Shown piece by piece: positions 19,597 through 29,737 of a stretch of 64,000 nt of DNA. The stretch comes from Candidatus Babelota bacterium (lineage in GTDB: Bacteria > Babelota > Babeliae > Babelales > Vermiphilaceae): contig JBMOLF010000015.1 in assembly GCA_049325595.1 (NCBI GenBank), forward strand, positions 32,001 to 96,000. The letters run 5' to 3'. The position numbers and the translations under genes were made by a program. Every line of letters begins with the position of its first letter. Position 1 is the first letter of the stretch. A model generated the notes under the pieces. It ran no database searches. It saw only the letters and a list, made by a program, of their open reading frames with translations, and was not told the DNA's origin.

Positions 19597-20367
19597 TTAC
19601 TCAATTTCTAATAATTCAACTTGTTTGGCGCGAGCCATTTGTTTTATTTTGTACGCGTCAAAAATTTTTTTCTCAACAACCCAGGAAGGGATAAAATTTC
19701 CAACTGCTTGTCGTAGCTGGTCAGGATTGTATGTAGCATTAATGGGGGATCTGAGGTGTTTTAGTTCATGTAATATTATCAAAGCCATTTCTTGATTGCC
19801 CGATTGAAAAGCAGCAAAAAGCGTACGCTCGGAAAGAGGTATGCCATAGTGGCCTATCAATCTTTTTGCTAGCGTATTGTTGTGCTGATTTATTGCTGCT
19901 TCAAAGGGATTGAGCGGCAATGCGCCACGTTCTATAAGGCTATCGTAAGCGATAGTTGCACCGTTATCGATAAGCAGATTTATAATCTCATCATGTGAAT
20001 TATCATCATTACATTGAATTGCCAGTGCAAGAATAGAAAATTCGTTATCTTTTTGTTTAAGATAAATTCCCTTTTCGATCAAACGTTTAGCTACATCAAA
20101 TTGATCCGTTTTAATAGCTTCTATCAAATCGGCCACATCATTGTTAATGTAGGTCCTGCTGTGTGTAGGTAGCATGGTATCAAATAGATTTTCTGCAAAC
20201 GAGGTGAATTTTAAGTCTTGATCACCGGCTGTTTTATATTTTTTGGTGGGTGCGTTATTCAGATCATCATGTGAAGCTCTTTTTTTACCATGGGGTAATT
20301 CTGAGCACAAAGATGATGATAGTATTACCAAGCTAAGTAGCAATGCATAGTTTATAATTTTTTTCAT
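19597..20367 (-). CDS. Secreted ankyrin-repeat protein with bipartite NLS-like motif
   Basis: C-terminal half is homologous to 18583-19578 (SHDEII.LLI..GA, RAKQVELLEIE); KKR-x11-KKYK. Confidence 0.82.
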   Translation of the reverse strand: MKKIINYALLLSLVILSSSLCSELPHGKKRASHDDLNNAPTKKYKTAGDQDLKFTSFAENLFDTMLPTHSRTYINNDVADLIEAIKTDQFDVAKRLIEKGIYLKQKDNEFSILALAIQCNDDNSHDEIINLLIDNGATIAYDSLIERGALPLNPFEAAINQHNNTLAKRLIGHYGIPLSERTLFAAFQSGNQEMALIILHELKHLRSPINATYNPDQLRQAVGNFIPSWVVEKKIFDAYKIKQMARAKQVELLEIE

Positions 20368-20455
20368 GGGTGTAAGCGTGATGAGAGTAGTGGGAGGCCG
20401 CTTTAACTATTTGTGTAGCAATGCAAAGGGCAGCTGTTGCTGCCCCTCTTATAAT

Positions 20456-21070
20456 TTAGAACGGAAGATCATCTACAAATGGTGGCTCGTCATTGAAATT
20501 AAGCTCACCCGTGTCAGATGCATCAGGAATATTTTCAAGCAATTTTGCTTTTTTCTTTACTTTAGCAGGTTCAACTTTTACCTCATCAAATGAAAATGAA
20601 GAAGTTGTTGCTGGCTTTGCTTGATTGCGATTTTTAATTTGATTGATTTGATTAAACAATTCTTTTTCAGCTGGATTATTTAAATCAAGACCAGTATTTG
20701 AAGATTCATTTTTTTCTGAATTATCTTCAGATTGTGCGCCATACGACAAGAACATTACGCGGTCAGCAACAATTGAGTGTTTGCTTCGTTTTTGACCTGA
20801 TGCTGAATCTTCCCAGCTATCAAATTTTAAGCGGCCTTCGATAAGCACCGGGCGACCTTTTTGTAAATATTGGCGACAACTTTCTGCTTGAGGTCCCCAA
20901 ACATCGATATCGATATAGCATACTTCTTGTATCATATCGCCATTTTGTTTGTTTTTAAATTGTCGGTTTGATGCAATACCCAAACGGCATACTGCTTGTC
21001 CTGAAGAAAGTTGTTTATATTCAGGATCGCGGGTTAAATTACCCATGATGATTACACGATTAAAACTCAT
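20456..21070 (-). CDS. ssb: Single-stranded DNA-binding protein
   Basis: NRVIIMGNLTRDPE; C-terminal DDLPF. Confidence 0.96.
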   Translation of the reverse strand: MSFNRVIIMGNLTRDPEYKQLSSGQAVCRLGIASNRQFKNKQNGDMIQEVCYIDIDVWGPQAESCRQYLQKGRPVLIEGRLKFDSWEDSASGQKRSKHSIVADRVMFLSYGAQSEDNSEKNESSNTGLDLNNPAEKELFNQINQIKNRNQAKPATTSSFSFDEVKVEPAKVKKKAKLLENIPDASDTGELNFNDEPPFVDDLPF

Positions 21071-21154
21071 GTGTGTCCTTTAGAAAATTTAAGTAAAGTA
21101 TTACTCATGGTAGCAAAAAAATAAGTTTACTCAAACACTCAAAAACAAATAGGA

Positions 21155-21550
21155 TTACTTATTTTTTTTAGATGTTGATTCTAATGAAGAACGATTTTCA
21201 TGAATAAAGCTGCAGACTGCATCAAGTTCATTATGCAATTGTGTAAGGGCATGATTAAGTTGATCAATTTTTGCATGCCATTCACCAAGCGTTTCTTTAG
21301 AAGCGTTGTGTAATATACCTTTTTTATTATTTTGAACGAGGTCATCAACTTCGTTAATACAAAATTCTTGTATATGGGCTATTTTTTTTATCGTTGGCGC
21401 AGAATAGTGCAAAAAATCTGCGCAATCATTACCAGCTTGTTCTTTAAGTTTTTGCTGCGATACTTTCGGTGTCTTTTTTATAATAAAATTTTCAGCTAAT
21501 ACACCAGTTCCTAAAAAAATACTGGTTATTATAAGTAATTTAACTTTCAT
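21155..21550 (-). CDS. Hypothetical secreted helical protein
   Basis: 131 aa ORF; signal peptide; GAGG SD. Confidence 0.55.
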   Translation of the reverse strand: MKVKLLIITSIFLGTGVLAENFIIKKTPKVSQQKLKEQAGNDCADFLHYSAPTIKKIAHIQEFCINEVDDLVQNNKKGILHNASKETLGEWHAKIDQLNHALTQLHNELDAVCSFIHENRSSLESTSKKNK

Positions 21551-21566
21551 AAATCCTCAAAAAAAT

Positions 21567-22133
21567 TTAATGAGTGTGAGGAAGAATATGTCTAATGCCA
21601 ATTTTTACGTATTGTATGCACGATAAACAAATAACTAATGCAACAAGTACGAGTAATAGTGAATAGGTTTTGTAAGGAAGCCATTGATAATAATGGCACA
21701 TGAAAAGCCATACAAGAAAAAAAGTTTGTAGCACGGTGCTTGCTTTGCCAAGCAGAGTCGGTCGTGCCTGAAAACGGGTATTAATACAAAAAAGCAGTCC
21801 TGACCCAACCAAAATAAGCAATTCTTTGGTTATTATCAAACAGGCAAACCATGCCGGAATACCCAATGAAAAACCTTTAATAAAAGCGAGTGTAGTAAAA
21901 CAGCTAAGCAGAAGAATTTTATCAGCAATAGGGTCAAGGCACGCGCCAAGTTCAGTATGTTCATTGCGCAAACGCGCTAATAAGCCATCGAGCATGTCAG
22001 TTATAGAAGCAATGGCAAATAAAAATACGGCTATGCCCCAGGTGCCAGCAAGCATGTTCATAACAATAAAAGGGGTGAGTGCAATACGTGATAACGTTAA
22101 CCAGGTTGAAAGGGTGAGCTTATTTTTCTGCAT
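21567..22133 (-). CDS. pgsA: CDP-alcohol phosphatidyltransferase (PgsA-like)
   Basis: LTLSRI and TDMLDGLLAR...G..LDPIADK signature. Confidence 0.85.
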   Translation of the reverse strand: MQKNKLTLSTWLTLSRIALTPFIVMNMLAGTWGIAVFLFAIASITDMLDGLLARLRNEHTELGACLDPIADKILLLSCFTTLAFIKGFSLGIPAWFACLIITKELLILVGSGLLFCINTRFQARPTLLGKASTVLQTFFLVWLFMCHYYQWLPYKTYSLLLVLVALVICLSCIQYVKIGIRHILPHTH

Positions 22134-22143
22134 ACATATTTTC

Positions 22144-23196
22144 CTATGTAATAATACCTGCGCCTAAGCATACCTGATTATCATAAAAGACTGCAAATTG
22201 TCCGGGAGCTATTCCTTGATCGTTAGTTGTTAAGGTAACTTTTACACTATGTTGCTCATGTGGTTCTATTACTGCTTGGTGTATATTTTTACCATGTCGT
22301 AATTTTACCTGAACGATTGTAGGCTTTTCAATGCTTGATGCCAGCCAATTGCAATCAGTGGCAATAAATTGATTGCGTTGTTTATCAGCTGCATGGTAGG
22401 TACGGGAAACATACACAATATTTTTTGCCGTATCTTTAGTAACTACGTACCATGGTCCACCAGCAAGGCCAGATCCTTGACGTTGGCCAATAGTGTGAAA
22501 CCAAAAGCCTTTATGGGTGCCCAGTTTTTTACCCGTTTCATATTCAACAAGATCGCCTGGTTTTTGACCAATATGATGTTTAATAAAATCGCTAAACTTG
22601 AGCTTGCCTAAAAAGCAAATACCTTGACTGTCTTTACGATCCTTAGTTGGCAAGTTAAATTGATGCGCTAGAGCACGTACCTCTTCTTTTTGCAAATGTC
22701 CAATAGGAAACAATGCTCGTGATAGTTGATTTTTATCAAGATATGACAAGAAATATGTTTGGTCTTTAATAGCATCAGGAGACATACGTAATACCGGACC
22801 ATCTTGAGTGTGTTCTACTTGCGCATAGTGACCAGTGGCTATTTTTTCATAGCTATCATCAATGTGCTTAAGAAAAAAGCCAAATTTTATGCGCTGGTTG
22901 CAGAGCACATCGGGATTAGGCGTGCGGCCACGCTTAATTTCTTCAATAGTATAGCGAGCTACCGTATTGTGATATTCTTGTTGCAAGGAAACTACATGCA
23001 AGGGAACATCAAGTTGTTGGCATACGGCTTGAACATATTCTAAATCTTCTTGCCATGGGCATGACCCAAGGTAAGAAAGTTCATCTTCCAGCCAAATTTT
23101 TAAATAAAAAGCGGTAACATCGTGCCCTTGTTGTTTTAGCAAGGCAAGAGCAACAGAACTGTCTACGCCTCCGGAAACTAATACTGCGATTTTCAT
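22144..23196 (-). CDS. mnmA: tRNA 2-thiouridylase
   Basis: SGGVDS, TPNPDVLCN, ATGHYA, KDQTYFL, DSQGICF, PGQFAVFY motifs. Confidence 0.97.
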   Translation of the reverse strand: MKIAVLVSGGVDSSVALALLKQQGHDVTAFYLKIWLEDELSYLGSCPWQEDLEYVQAVCQQLDVPLHVVSLQQEYHNTVARYTIEEIKRGRTPNPDVLCNQRIKFGFFLKHIDDSYEKIATGHYAQVEHTQDGPVLRMSPDAIKDQTYFLSYLDKNQLSRALFPIGHLQKEEVRALAHQFNLPTKDRKDSQGICFLGKLKFSDFIKHHIGQKPGDLVEYETGKKLGTHKGFWFHTIGQRQGSGLAGGPWYVVTKDTAKNIVYVSRTYHAADKQRNQFIATDCNWLASSIEKPTIVQVKLRHGKNIHQAVIEPHEQHSVKVTLTTNDQGIAPGQFAVFYDNQVCLGAGIIT

Positions 23197-23382
23197 AGTT
23201 CACCATTAAATAGTTAAAATTTGCTATTAGTATACCATTTTTTTGAGAAATCTAAAAAAACAAAGAGGGATCATATATGAATAAAATCTCGTAGCGAGCT
23301 GAATTATTTTATAAATTCATTTTCTGGGGAATTATATGCTAGTATAATTTATATGACTCTTTTTAACGCAAGGACTTAAAAT

Positions 23383-23997
23383 ATGAGATTATTTTTTTTG
23401 TTTTTGTTTACTTTTTTATTGAGCTGCAAAACCAATGGATCAGAACAACGTGGAACATTTAATGTAATAATAAATAATGAAACATCTATTGATCTTGTAG
23501 TGAGAGCTTTGCGTGAAAAATTAGGAATTATAAAACCTACAAAAGGATCTTTATTGTCAATCAAAGCATCTGGGGACGAGAAAATATATAAAGGCAACGC
23601 TAAATTTTCTTTTGATCTTAATCCTGGAAAGCGAATTAGCTTAATGATCAATGATGCTGAGTGCACCCTAATGTATATAAATGCTGGAAGAGGTTTTTTT
23701 GATTTGCGTAAATCAGCCTTTGAGTACTTTATTAAAAGTAATCAACCTGAATATAATATATTTGTTAATAGCACTAAAAAAGATGGCACAACATTATTAT
23801 CATCATGGCGTTTTAAAGAAATAGATCCATACAACCCATCCGTTTTTCCACCTGAAATTACCTTAATGGTTAAAATTTATAATTTAGGTAAGCAGCCTCG
23901 GGTTTTGCAAACAATTGAATTGCGTAATGTTATACATTTGAAAGATACAATAAAGACAGAAGAAATAAAACCCATTAGCGAAGAAGAGTTTAAGTAA
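23383..23997 (+). CDS. Hypothetical secreted protein or lipoprotein, beta-rich (array member 1, divergent)
   Basis: Signal with LLSC lipobox-like motif; VIINNETSIDLVV resembles the N-terminal motif of the neighbours. Confidence 0.6.
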   Translation: MRLFFLFLFTFLLSCKTNGSEQRGTFNVIINNETSIDLVVRALREKLGIIKPTKGSLLSIKASGDEKIYKGNAKFSFDLNPGKRISLMINDAECTLMYINAGRGFFDLRKSAFEYFIKSNQPEYNIFVNSTKKDGTTLLSSWRFKEIDPYNPSVFPPEITLMVKIYNLGKQPRVLQTIELRNVIHLKDTIKTEEIKPISEEEFK

Positions 23998-24077
23998 AAA
24001 CCCCACTTTAAATATTGCTATTTGAAAATGTCTCATGCTACTCTTAATAATAATGATATTTTAAAATTAGGGGTACT

Positions 24078-24575
24078 ATGAAGCTATTCAACACACTTTT
24101 ATACACTATTAGTGCAGTTATTTTTTGTTCAAATCTTGCAGCATTTGAATTTCCTACACTTCCAGTGGTAGACAAACCTAAAATAGAAATTTACTTACAT
24201 GTGGTTAAAAATACTACAAATCAAACCATTTCTTTAGCGCGATTAAAAACGGTTGGTACTGACAAGCCATTTCTCGTATTAAAACCAGGTGAAGAAAAAC
24301 AAAATATTCAATTGCCGCTTGATTCAAGAACAGGCGGCTCTCAAATAGCTATAATTGATCAAGATGGTAACGCACGATATGTTGTACTTTTTAATCCCCA
24401 AGGACCTTATAATGCTGCTTATGTTCAATTACGAGAAGTTGGCAAAAAAGAGCCTCTTAGCAGTTTTGAATTGTCACCAGAGCAATTAAAAAGCAAGTGG
24501 ACTATTGCAATTGCGCTTAATATTGGTATGAATCCTGAGGGTAGATGGTATTTGCAAGCTGCTCCTGCCGCATAA
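24078..24575 (+). CDS. Hypothetical secreted beta-rich protein (array member 2)
   Basis: Signal peptide; YLHVVKNTTNQTI; KWTIAIALNI. Confidence 0.65.
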   Translation: MKLFNTLLYTISAVIFCSNLAAFEFPTLPVVDKPKIEIYLHVVKNTTNQTISLARLKTVGTDKPFLVLKPGEEKQNIQLPLDSRTGGSQIAIIDQDGNARYVVLFNPQGPYNAAYVQLREVGKKEPLSSFELSPEQLKSKWTIAIALNIGMNPEGRWYLQAAPAA

Positions 24576-24639
24576 TCATTAATTACATTAGTTGTCTTCA
24601 AATTTATTATCAAAGATATTTTGCAGTTGGTGGGCTTAT

Positions 24640-25161
24640 ATGAAAAAATTATTCTTGCTTGGTTTTATAATCAATTTGCATGCAATGGAAATGCCCATTG
24701 AACGAATGCATGCTTATTTAGAAAAAGTGGTAAACAAAACAAATCACTCTATAAAAATTGTTAACCCCAATCAACAAGAATTTACTATTGCACCGGGGAA
24801 GGAAATTGGCGGAAGTGAAATATCTAAACGATTTGAGTTACCTTTAAGTAGTCCTAATGCATTCTTGCGAACTTTTATTTATCTTAATGATGAACAATTT
24901 TATCGACTTTCGCTTGAGTTAATGCTAAATCCATCGCAAAACATAAGAAATCAATCATTTAGAGAGTTTGTTGCTAAATTAACTATGAACTATCCAAAAT
25001 TCTTCAAAAACCAGAGTTGGCAATGGAGCAACAAATATATCACTGATTTTTTTGAACAGGGTGATTATGAATGGATTTTTAAAATATCAATAATATTTAA
25101 AGGTGAAAATTTGCAAGAAACGGAATTAACTTTTACCAGAGATGTAAAACAAACCCGTTAA
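24640..25161 (+). CDS. Hypothetical secreted beta-rich protein (array member 3)
   Basis: Probable start MKKLFLL at 24640; YLEKVVNKTNHSI; EWIFKISIIF. Confidence 0.65.
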   Translation: MKKLFLLGFIINLHAMEMPIERMHAYLEKVVNKTNHSIKIVNPNQQEFTIAPGKEIGGSEISKRFELPLSSPNAFLRTFIYLNDEQFYRLSLELMLNPSQNIRNQSFREFVAKLTMNYPKFFKNQSWQWSNKYITDFFEQGDYEWIFKISIIFKGENLQETELTFTRDVKQTR

Positions 25162-25206
25162 TGGTTAGTTTCATATACAGTAGTAGCAAGGCATTGATGA
25201 GTTGAT

Positions 25207-25704
25207 ATGAATAAATTAATACTATTTTTTTGTTTTCTTACTATGATGCACAAAGCTACTGGGCATATTAGTTTAGTGGTAAAGTCTATATATAATGGTA
25301 CTACCGACTCATTGATTGTTTATGATCAAGAATTACAGCCGATTCATATTATCGATCCTTTGCAACTATGTCATACTCATATTGTAAAAAATATTACCTT
25401 GCCAAGCATTATTTTAGCGTTGAGTTTTAGTAGACTTAACAACGGAGTTAAAAAGTCTGTTGCTTTATTTAAAGGGAGCATAGAAGCAGTATCGTATCCG
25501 GCAAGTGAATTTGATTTAATATTGCAATTACGAACCCCACCTACGCTTTCCCCGAGAGATTATTATCAGATAAAGCAAAGATATTCTTATGCGCCAATTC
25601 TTAGTAAGCAAGAGTCTTGGACCTTTAATATTGGCATTTATATATCTGAAAATGTTGAAGATAGCCATATTGCCGTTTCTCGAGCTATAAAAATAAGAAG
25701 ATAA
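25207..25704 (+). CDS. Hypothetical secreted beta-rich protein (array member 4)
   Basis: Signal peptide; LVVKSIYNGTTDSL; ESWTFNIGIYI. Confidence 0.65.
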   Translation: MNKLILFFCFLTMMHKATGHISLVVKSIYNGTTDSLIVYDQELQPIHIIDPLQLCHTHIVKNITLPSIILALSFSRLNNGVKKSVALFKGSIEAVSYPASEFDLILQLRTPPTLSPRDYYQIKQRYSYAPILSKQESWTFNIGIYISENVEDSHIAVSRAIKIRR

Positions 25705-25729
25705 AAATATAAAAAAGGAGAAAAATAGC

Positions 25730-26215
25730 ATGAAAAAAATATTATTACTATTTGCTATGTTAAATGCTTCTTTGCAAGGACAAGTGCGGTTGGTAATTGA
25801 ATCTATAACTAATTTAACCAATTTTTCTGTTCAAGTTATGGATAGTAAATATAAACAAATAGCGACTATTGAATCTAAAAAAACATATTCTCAAGAAATA
25901 GTACATGAATTTTTGGCTCAAAATTGGTATGAACTTAATTTTTATCAAATAAGACAAGCAGGAAGGGCGCCATTAGCGCGTTTTGAGGCGGTATTTAACA
26001 CGAGAATTAATGACCCAATAGCAAATTTTATCTTAACATTATTGCCAATACCAAAACTTGGTGAATATGAACCTTTTTTTACAATCGAGCAAAGTTATAA
26101 TTTTGAACCGATAAGAAATGAAGAAGAAAGTTGGACATTTAGGGTAAAAATAGAGCTTAGGGATAATACAGATTCTCTAATTTTTTTCAAAAGAGAAATA
26201 GCAGAACGCAGATAA
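25730..26215 (+). CDS. Hypothetical secreted beta-rich protein (array member 5)
   Basis: AAGGAG SD; LVIESITNLTNFSV; ESWTFRVKIEL. Confidence 0.65.
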   Translation: MKKILLLFAMLNASLQGQVRLVIESITNLTNFSVQVMDSKYKQIATIESKKTYSQEIVHEFLAQNWYELNFYQIRQAGRAPLARFEAVFNTRINDPIANFILTLLPIPKLGEYEPFFTIEQSYNFEPIRNEEESWTFRVKIELRDNTDSLIFFKREIAERR

Positions 26216-26295
26216 AGTCTTTTAGATGACGAGGATGTTTTTTTGAGCTACACTAGAACCAAAAAATAGCATGATATTTATCCTATAGGTTCTCG

Positions 26296-27942
26296 ATGAA
26301 TTCTCTTACCTCACTTTACCAAGCGTTTGAATATTATTTAAAAAATCAGTATGCATTAGATGAACAAACGCTTGCAGTAGCTCAATTTTCATTAAATGTT
26401 GATACTGCTAAGCAACAATTTGGCGATCTTAACAGTTCTGCTCCTATGGTTATCGCCAAAAAAGTAGGGAAAAATCCGCGCCTTATTGCGCAAGAAATAA
26501 TAAATGGCTTTTCCCACGAAGCTTTAAAAGAAATTCAAATAGCGGGACCAGGTTTTTTAAATGCCTCTTTTACCGAAAAAGCATTGCAAGACATAGCTCA
26601 TGATGCTCTTGTTAATAAAGAATTTTTCTTTAAACCAGAAATGCCTACAAGGCCTTCGGTTAATATTGAATTTGTTAGTGCAAATCCAACTGGCCCTCTT
26701 CATTTAGGCCATGGCCGTGGGGGCATTATTGGCGATGTGCTTGGCAATGTTATGCGCTTTTGCGGATTACATGTTGCTAAAGAGTTTTATATAAATGATG
26801 CGGGTAACCAAATAGCTCGTTTAGGTGAATCGTTTAAAATACGTTGTCAGCAAATTGCCGGACTATCAGTTTCTGTACCTGAAGATGGATACCGCGGTGA
26901 TTATTTAATTGATCTTGCAAAGCAGTGCTTTGCTGAATATGGCATGAGTGTTCTTGAAAAACCTGACCAGTTTTTCGCCGATTATGCAAAACAACATTTA
27001 CTTGAGCAACAAAAAGAAACTTTAGCCCAATATGGCATTATCTTTGATGTATGGTTTTCTGAAAAGCAGTTACACGATTCAGGTGCCGTAGCGCAAGCAA
27101 TTGCTTATTTACAAGAACGTGGATTTATTTATGAGGCTGAAGGGGCGTTATGGTTTGCATCTACCCGATTTGGTGATGACAAAGATCGTGTTGTTCGTAA
27201 AACAACTGGTGAATGGACCTATGTTGCTGCAGATATTGCCTATTTGCGCAATAAAATTGATCGTGGATTTACTAAGCTTGTTATGATCTTAGGACATGAT
27301 CATCATAGTTATGTTGTTCGTTTACAAGGTATTTTAAAAGCCTTAGGCTACACCGATGTAACGCTTGATGTGATTTTATATCAATTGGTCACCATGAAAG
27401 CAAGCGGCCAGTTAGTGCAAATGTCAAAACGCGCAGGAACTATGGTTACCTTGCACGACGTTATAGATACCGTTGGCACTGATGTAGCACGCTTTTTCTA
27501 TCTAAACAGAAAAGCAGACGCGCAACTTGAATTTGATCTCGATTTAGCACTTAAAAAAACAGAAGAAAATCCTGTCTATTATTTACAATATGCCTATGTA
27601 AGAACGAATAGTCTTCTTGCCAAAGCAAAACAAGAAGGATTTAATACTATATCTGCAGAAGATGTAAAAGGGCTAGGTGCTGATGAAGCACTTTTAATTA
27701 AAAAAATGGCTTCTTTAAAACAAGTATTGGCAAATATTACTACGCACTATCAAACGCATACACTTACCTATTATTTATTGGAATTAGCTGATATTTTTCA
27801 CCGCTATTATGCACACCATCGTATTATTGGTGCCGACAATGAAAAACAAACTCGTGCTCGCTTGGCTCTGGTGATGATGGTTAATCAATGCTTTGGAACA
27901 GTACTTGAATTGCTAGAAATTTCACGTCCAGAGAAAATGTAA
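26296..27942 (+). CDS. argS: Arginyl-tRNA synthetase
   Basis: EFVSANPTGPLHLGHGRG, MSKRAG, NPVYYLQYAYVR motifs; C-terminal PEKM. Confidence 0.97.
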   Translation: MNSLTSLYQAFEYYLKNQYALDEQTLAVAQFSLNVDTAKQQFGDLNSSAPMVIAKKVGKNPRLIAQEIINGFSHEALKEIQIAGPGFLNASFTEKALQDIAHDALVNKEFFFKPEMPTRPSVNIEFVSANPTGPLHLGHGRGGIIGDVLGNVMRFCGLHVAKEFYINDAGNQIARLGESFKIRCQQIAGLSVSVPEDGYRGDYLIDLAKQCFAEYGMSVLEKPDQFFADYAKQHLLEQQKETLAQYGIIFDVWFSEKQLHDSGAVAQAIAYLQERGFIYEAEGALWFASTRFGDDKDRVVRKTTGEWTYVAADIAYLRNKIDRGFTKLVMILGHDHHSYVVRLQGILKALGYTDVTLDVILYQLVTMKASGQLVQMSKRAGTMVTLHDVIDTVGTDVARFFYLNRKADAQLEFDLDLALKKTEENPVYYLQYAYVRTNSLLAKAKQEGFNTISAEDVKGLGADEALLIKKMASLKQVLANITTHYQTHTLTYYLLELADIFHRYYAHHRIIGADNEKQTRARLALVMMVNQCFGTVLELLEISRPEKM

Positions 27943-28153
27943 AACTTCTAAAAATGGACAAATAGAAAATATTTGATATACTATAAAGATATCGAAGTTG
28001 ATTGCCTTGTAAGGAATATTTTAATGAATTATATCGCATTAATATTCTTGAAAGGTTTCTGTATGAGTCTAAATGGAGGTCCCATAATGACCAATGACAC
28101 GTAGAAATGTATTGGTTGGCGATTTTCTAAATAGTGCTGATGATGAGTAATAA

Positions 28154-29638
28154 ATGGAGAAGAACATGATTAGAAAATTATACTCATTAATTATATTTTT
28201 CCTGCTAATAGTGGCTTTGGGCAATGCGCAAGAGCATTCGCTTGCTGAGCAAGCGTTTTTAATGGATATTCCCCATGAATCAGGCGATAAATTAACAAGT
28301 GATGGAATTACGCATCCTTCTTTTTCAACCTGGAAAAGATCATGCAATCAATTGCCAATAGGTTATTTGCGACAGGATAAAGCGTCAGAATTATTAACAA
28401 AAGAAGCACTATTGGAAGTATTAAACGTATTTTTGGCACATAATGAAATTGAGTTAAAAAAAATATCATGGGTAGAAAATAAGCAATTGCCAGAAGAATT
28501 TTTTGAAAAAAATAACTCGCTTTATTATCCACATGTGCAAAAATTGATATTGCCAACTAATGCTAAAGTAGCATTGCATGGCGATATTCATGGTGATATT
28601 CACTCTTTGAGTGGTTATATTACTTATTTGCAAAATGCCAATTTTCTTAATGATTCATTTAAAATTATAGATCCGTGCTTTTATATGATATTTCTGGGTG
28701 ATTATGTTGATCGTGGTTCGTATGGTGCAGAAGTTATTTATACCTTATTAAGACTTAAAATTGCAAATCCTGATCACGTTTTTTTAGTGCGCGGCAACCA
28801 TGAAGATATTGATCAAAACACGGGTGATTTTAAAAATGAAATTTTTGCAAAATTTAAAAAAGATAGTTTGCCTATAATGCGTGCTATCAATTGTATGTAT
28901 CAAAGATTGCCGTTAGCATTATATCTTGGCGCAGGCACAAAACCTGAATATGTTTTATGTTGTCATGGGGGCATTGAATGGGGTTATGACCCAGCACAAT
29001 TGCTTGCCAGTTCCCCTGCGCGTTCAGCAGAACCTTTACCAGTTTTAGATAGAGTAAAACATATTGAAAATTTACCTGAAGTTAAAAAAGTTATTGCACA
29101 GGTAATAAAAAATTTTCCAGCGCATCAAGTTGAATATCAAGATGACATTCAACCTAAAAGTCCACAACATCCTATAACTAATGGATTTATGTGGTTTGAT
29201 TTTCATACTGAAAAAGATCAAGAGCTTCCTTATGTTGCATTTAGTGTAAGGCGAAGTTGGACATTAGGACAAAAAGTTTCAGAAGCATTACTTGCTAAAA
29301 ATAATATTAAAGCTGTTTTTCGTGCACATCAGCATGGGGATGAAAAAATGATGAATTTAATATTAAAAAAGCATAAGAATGACTATGATGCCGATGCCGG
29401 TGTTTGTAAATTATGGAATGCTGATGATGTTAAACCGGGCCAACTTAAAGAAGGGATGGTGCTTACTTTTTGCGTGTCGCCTCATAATGGGTTTGGACAA
29501 GCAAAGGGTTATAACTATGATTCATTTGGCATTCTCCATCTTGCACCTTCATTTGAACAATGGCGTTTAGATATGCAAAGAATTGATGCTGAGGGCCAAC
29601 CTATTGTTGAAATAAATCAAGCTGTTGAGCAAAAGTAA
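28154..29638 (+). CDS. Secreted PPP-family Ser/Thr protein phosphatase (metallophosphoesterase)
   Basis: GDIHG, GDYVDRG, RGNHE, HGGI and RAHQ motifs; N-terminal signal peptide (start may be 28166). Confidence 0.88.
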   Translation: MEKNMIRKLYSLIIFFLLIVALGNAQEHSLAEQAFLMDIPHESGDKLTSDGITHPSFSTWKRSCNQLPIGYLRQDKASELLTKEALLEVLNVFLAHNEIELKKISWVENKQLPEEFFEKNNSLYYPHVQKLILPTNAKVALHGDIHGDIHSLSGYITYLQNANFLNDSFKIIDPCFYMIFLGDYVDRGSYGAEVIYTLLRLKIANPDHVFLVRGNHEDIDQNTGDFKNEIFAKFKKDSLPIMRAINCMYQRLPLALYLGAGTKPEYVLCCHGGIEWGYDPAQLLASSPARSAEPLPVLDRVKHIENLPEVKKVIAQVIKNFPAHQVEYQDDIQPKSPQHPITNGFMWFDFHTEKDQELPYVAFSVRRSWTLGQKVSEALLAKNNIKAVFRAHQHGDEKMMNLILKKHKNDYDADAGVCKLWNADDVKPGQLKEGMVLTFCVSPHNGFGQAKGYNYDSFGILHLAPSFEQWRLDMQRIDAEGQPIVEINQAVEQK

Positions 29639-29671
29639 ATTGTGATAAACAGACTTTCTAAAATAATTCAT

Positions 29672-29697
29672 AAGGCCTCGTTTTAGGGGCCTTTTTT
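29672..29697 (+). terminator. Intrinsic terminator
   Basis: AAGGCCTC-loop-GGGGCCTT followed by a T tract. Confidence 0.7.
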
Positions 29698-29737
29698 ATG
29701 AAGTTTTGCAATTGTCTATGAGTAGTATAAACTGTTA

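Noticed and set aside
28070..28150. Fluoride riboswitch (GCTGATGA motif)
   Set aside because: The 5' GATGG..TTC stem and pseudoknot partner are absent, and the downstream gene is unrelated.
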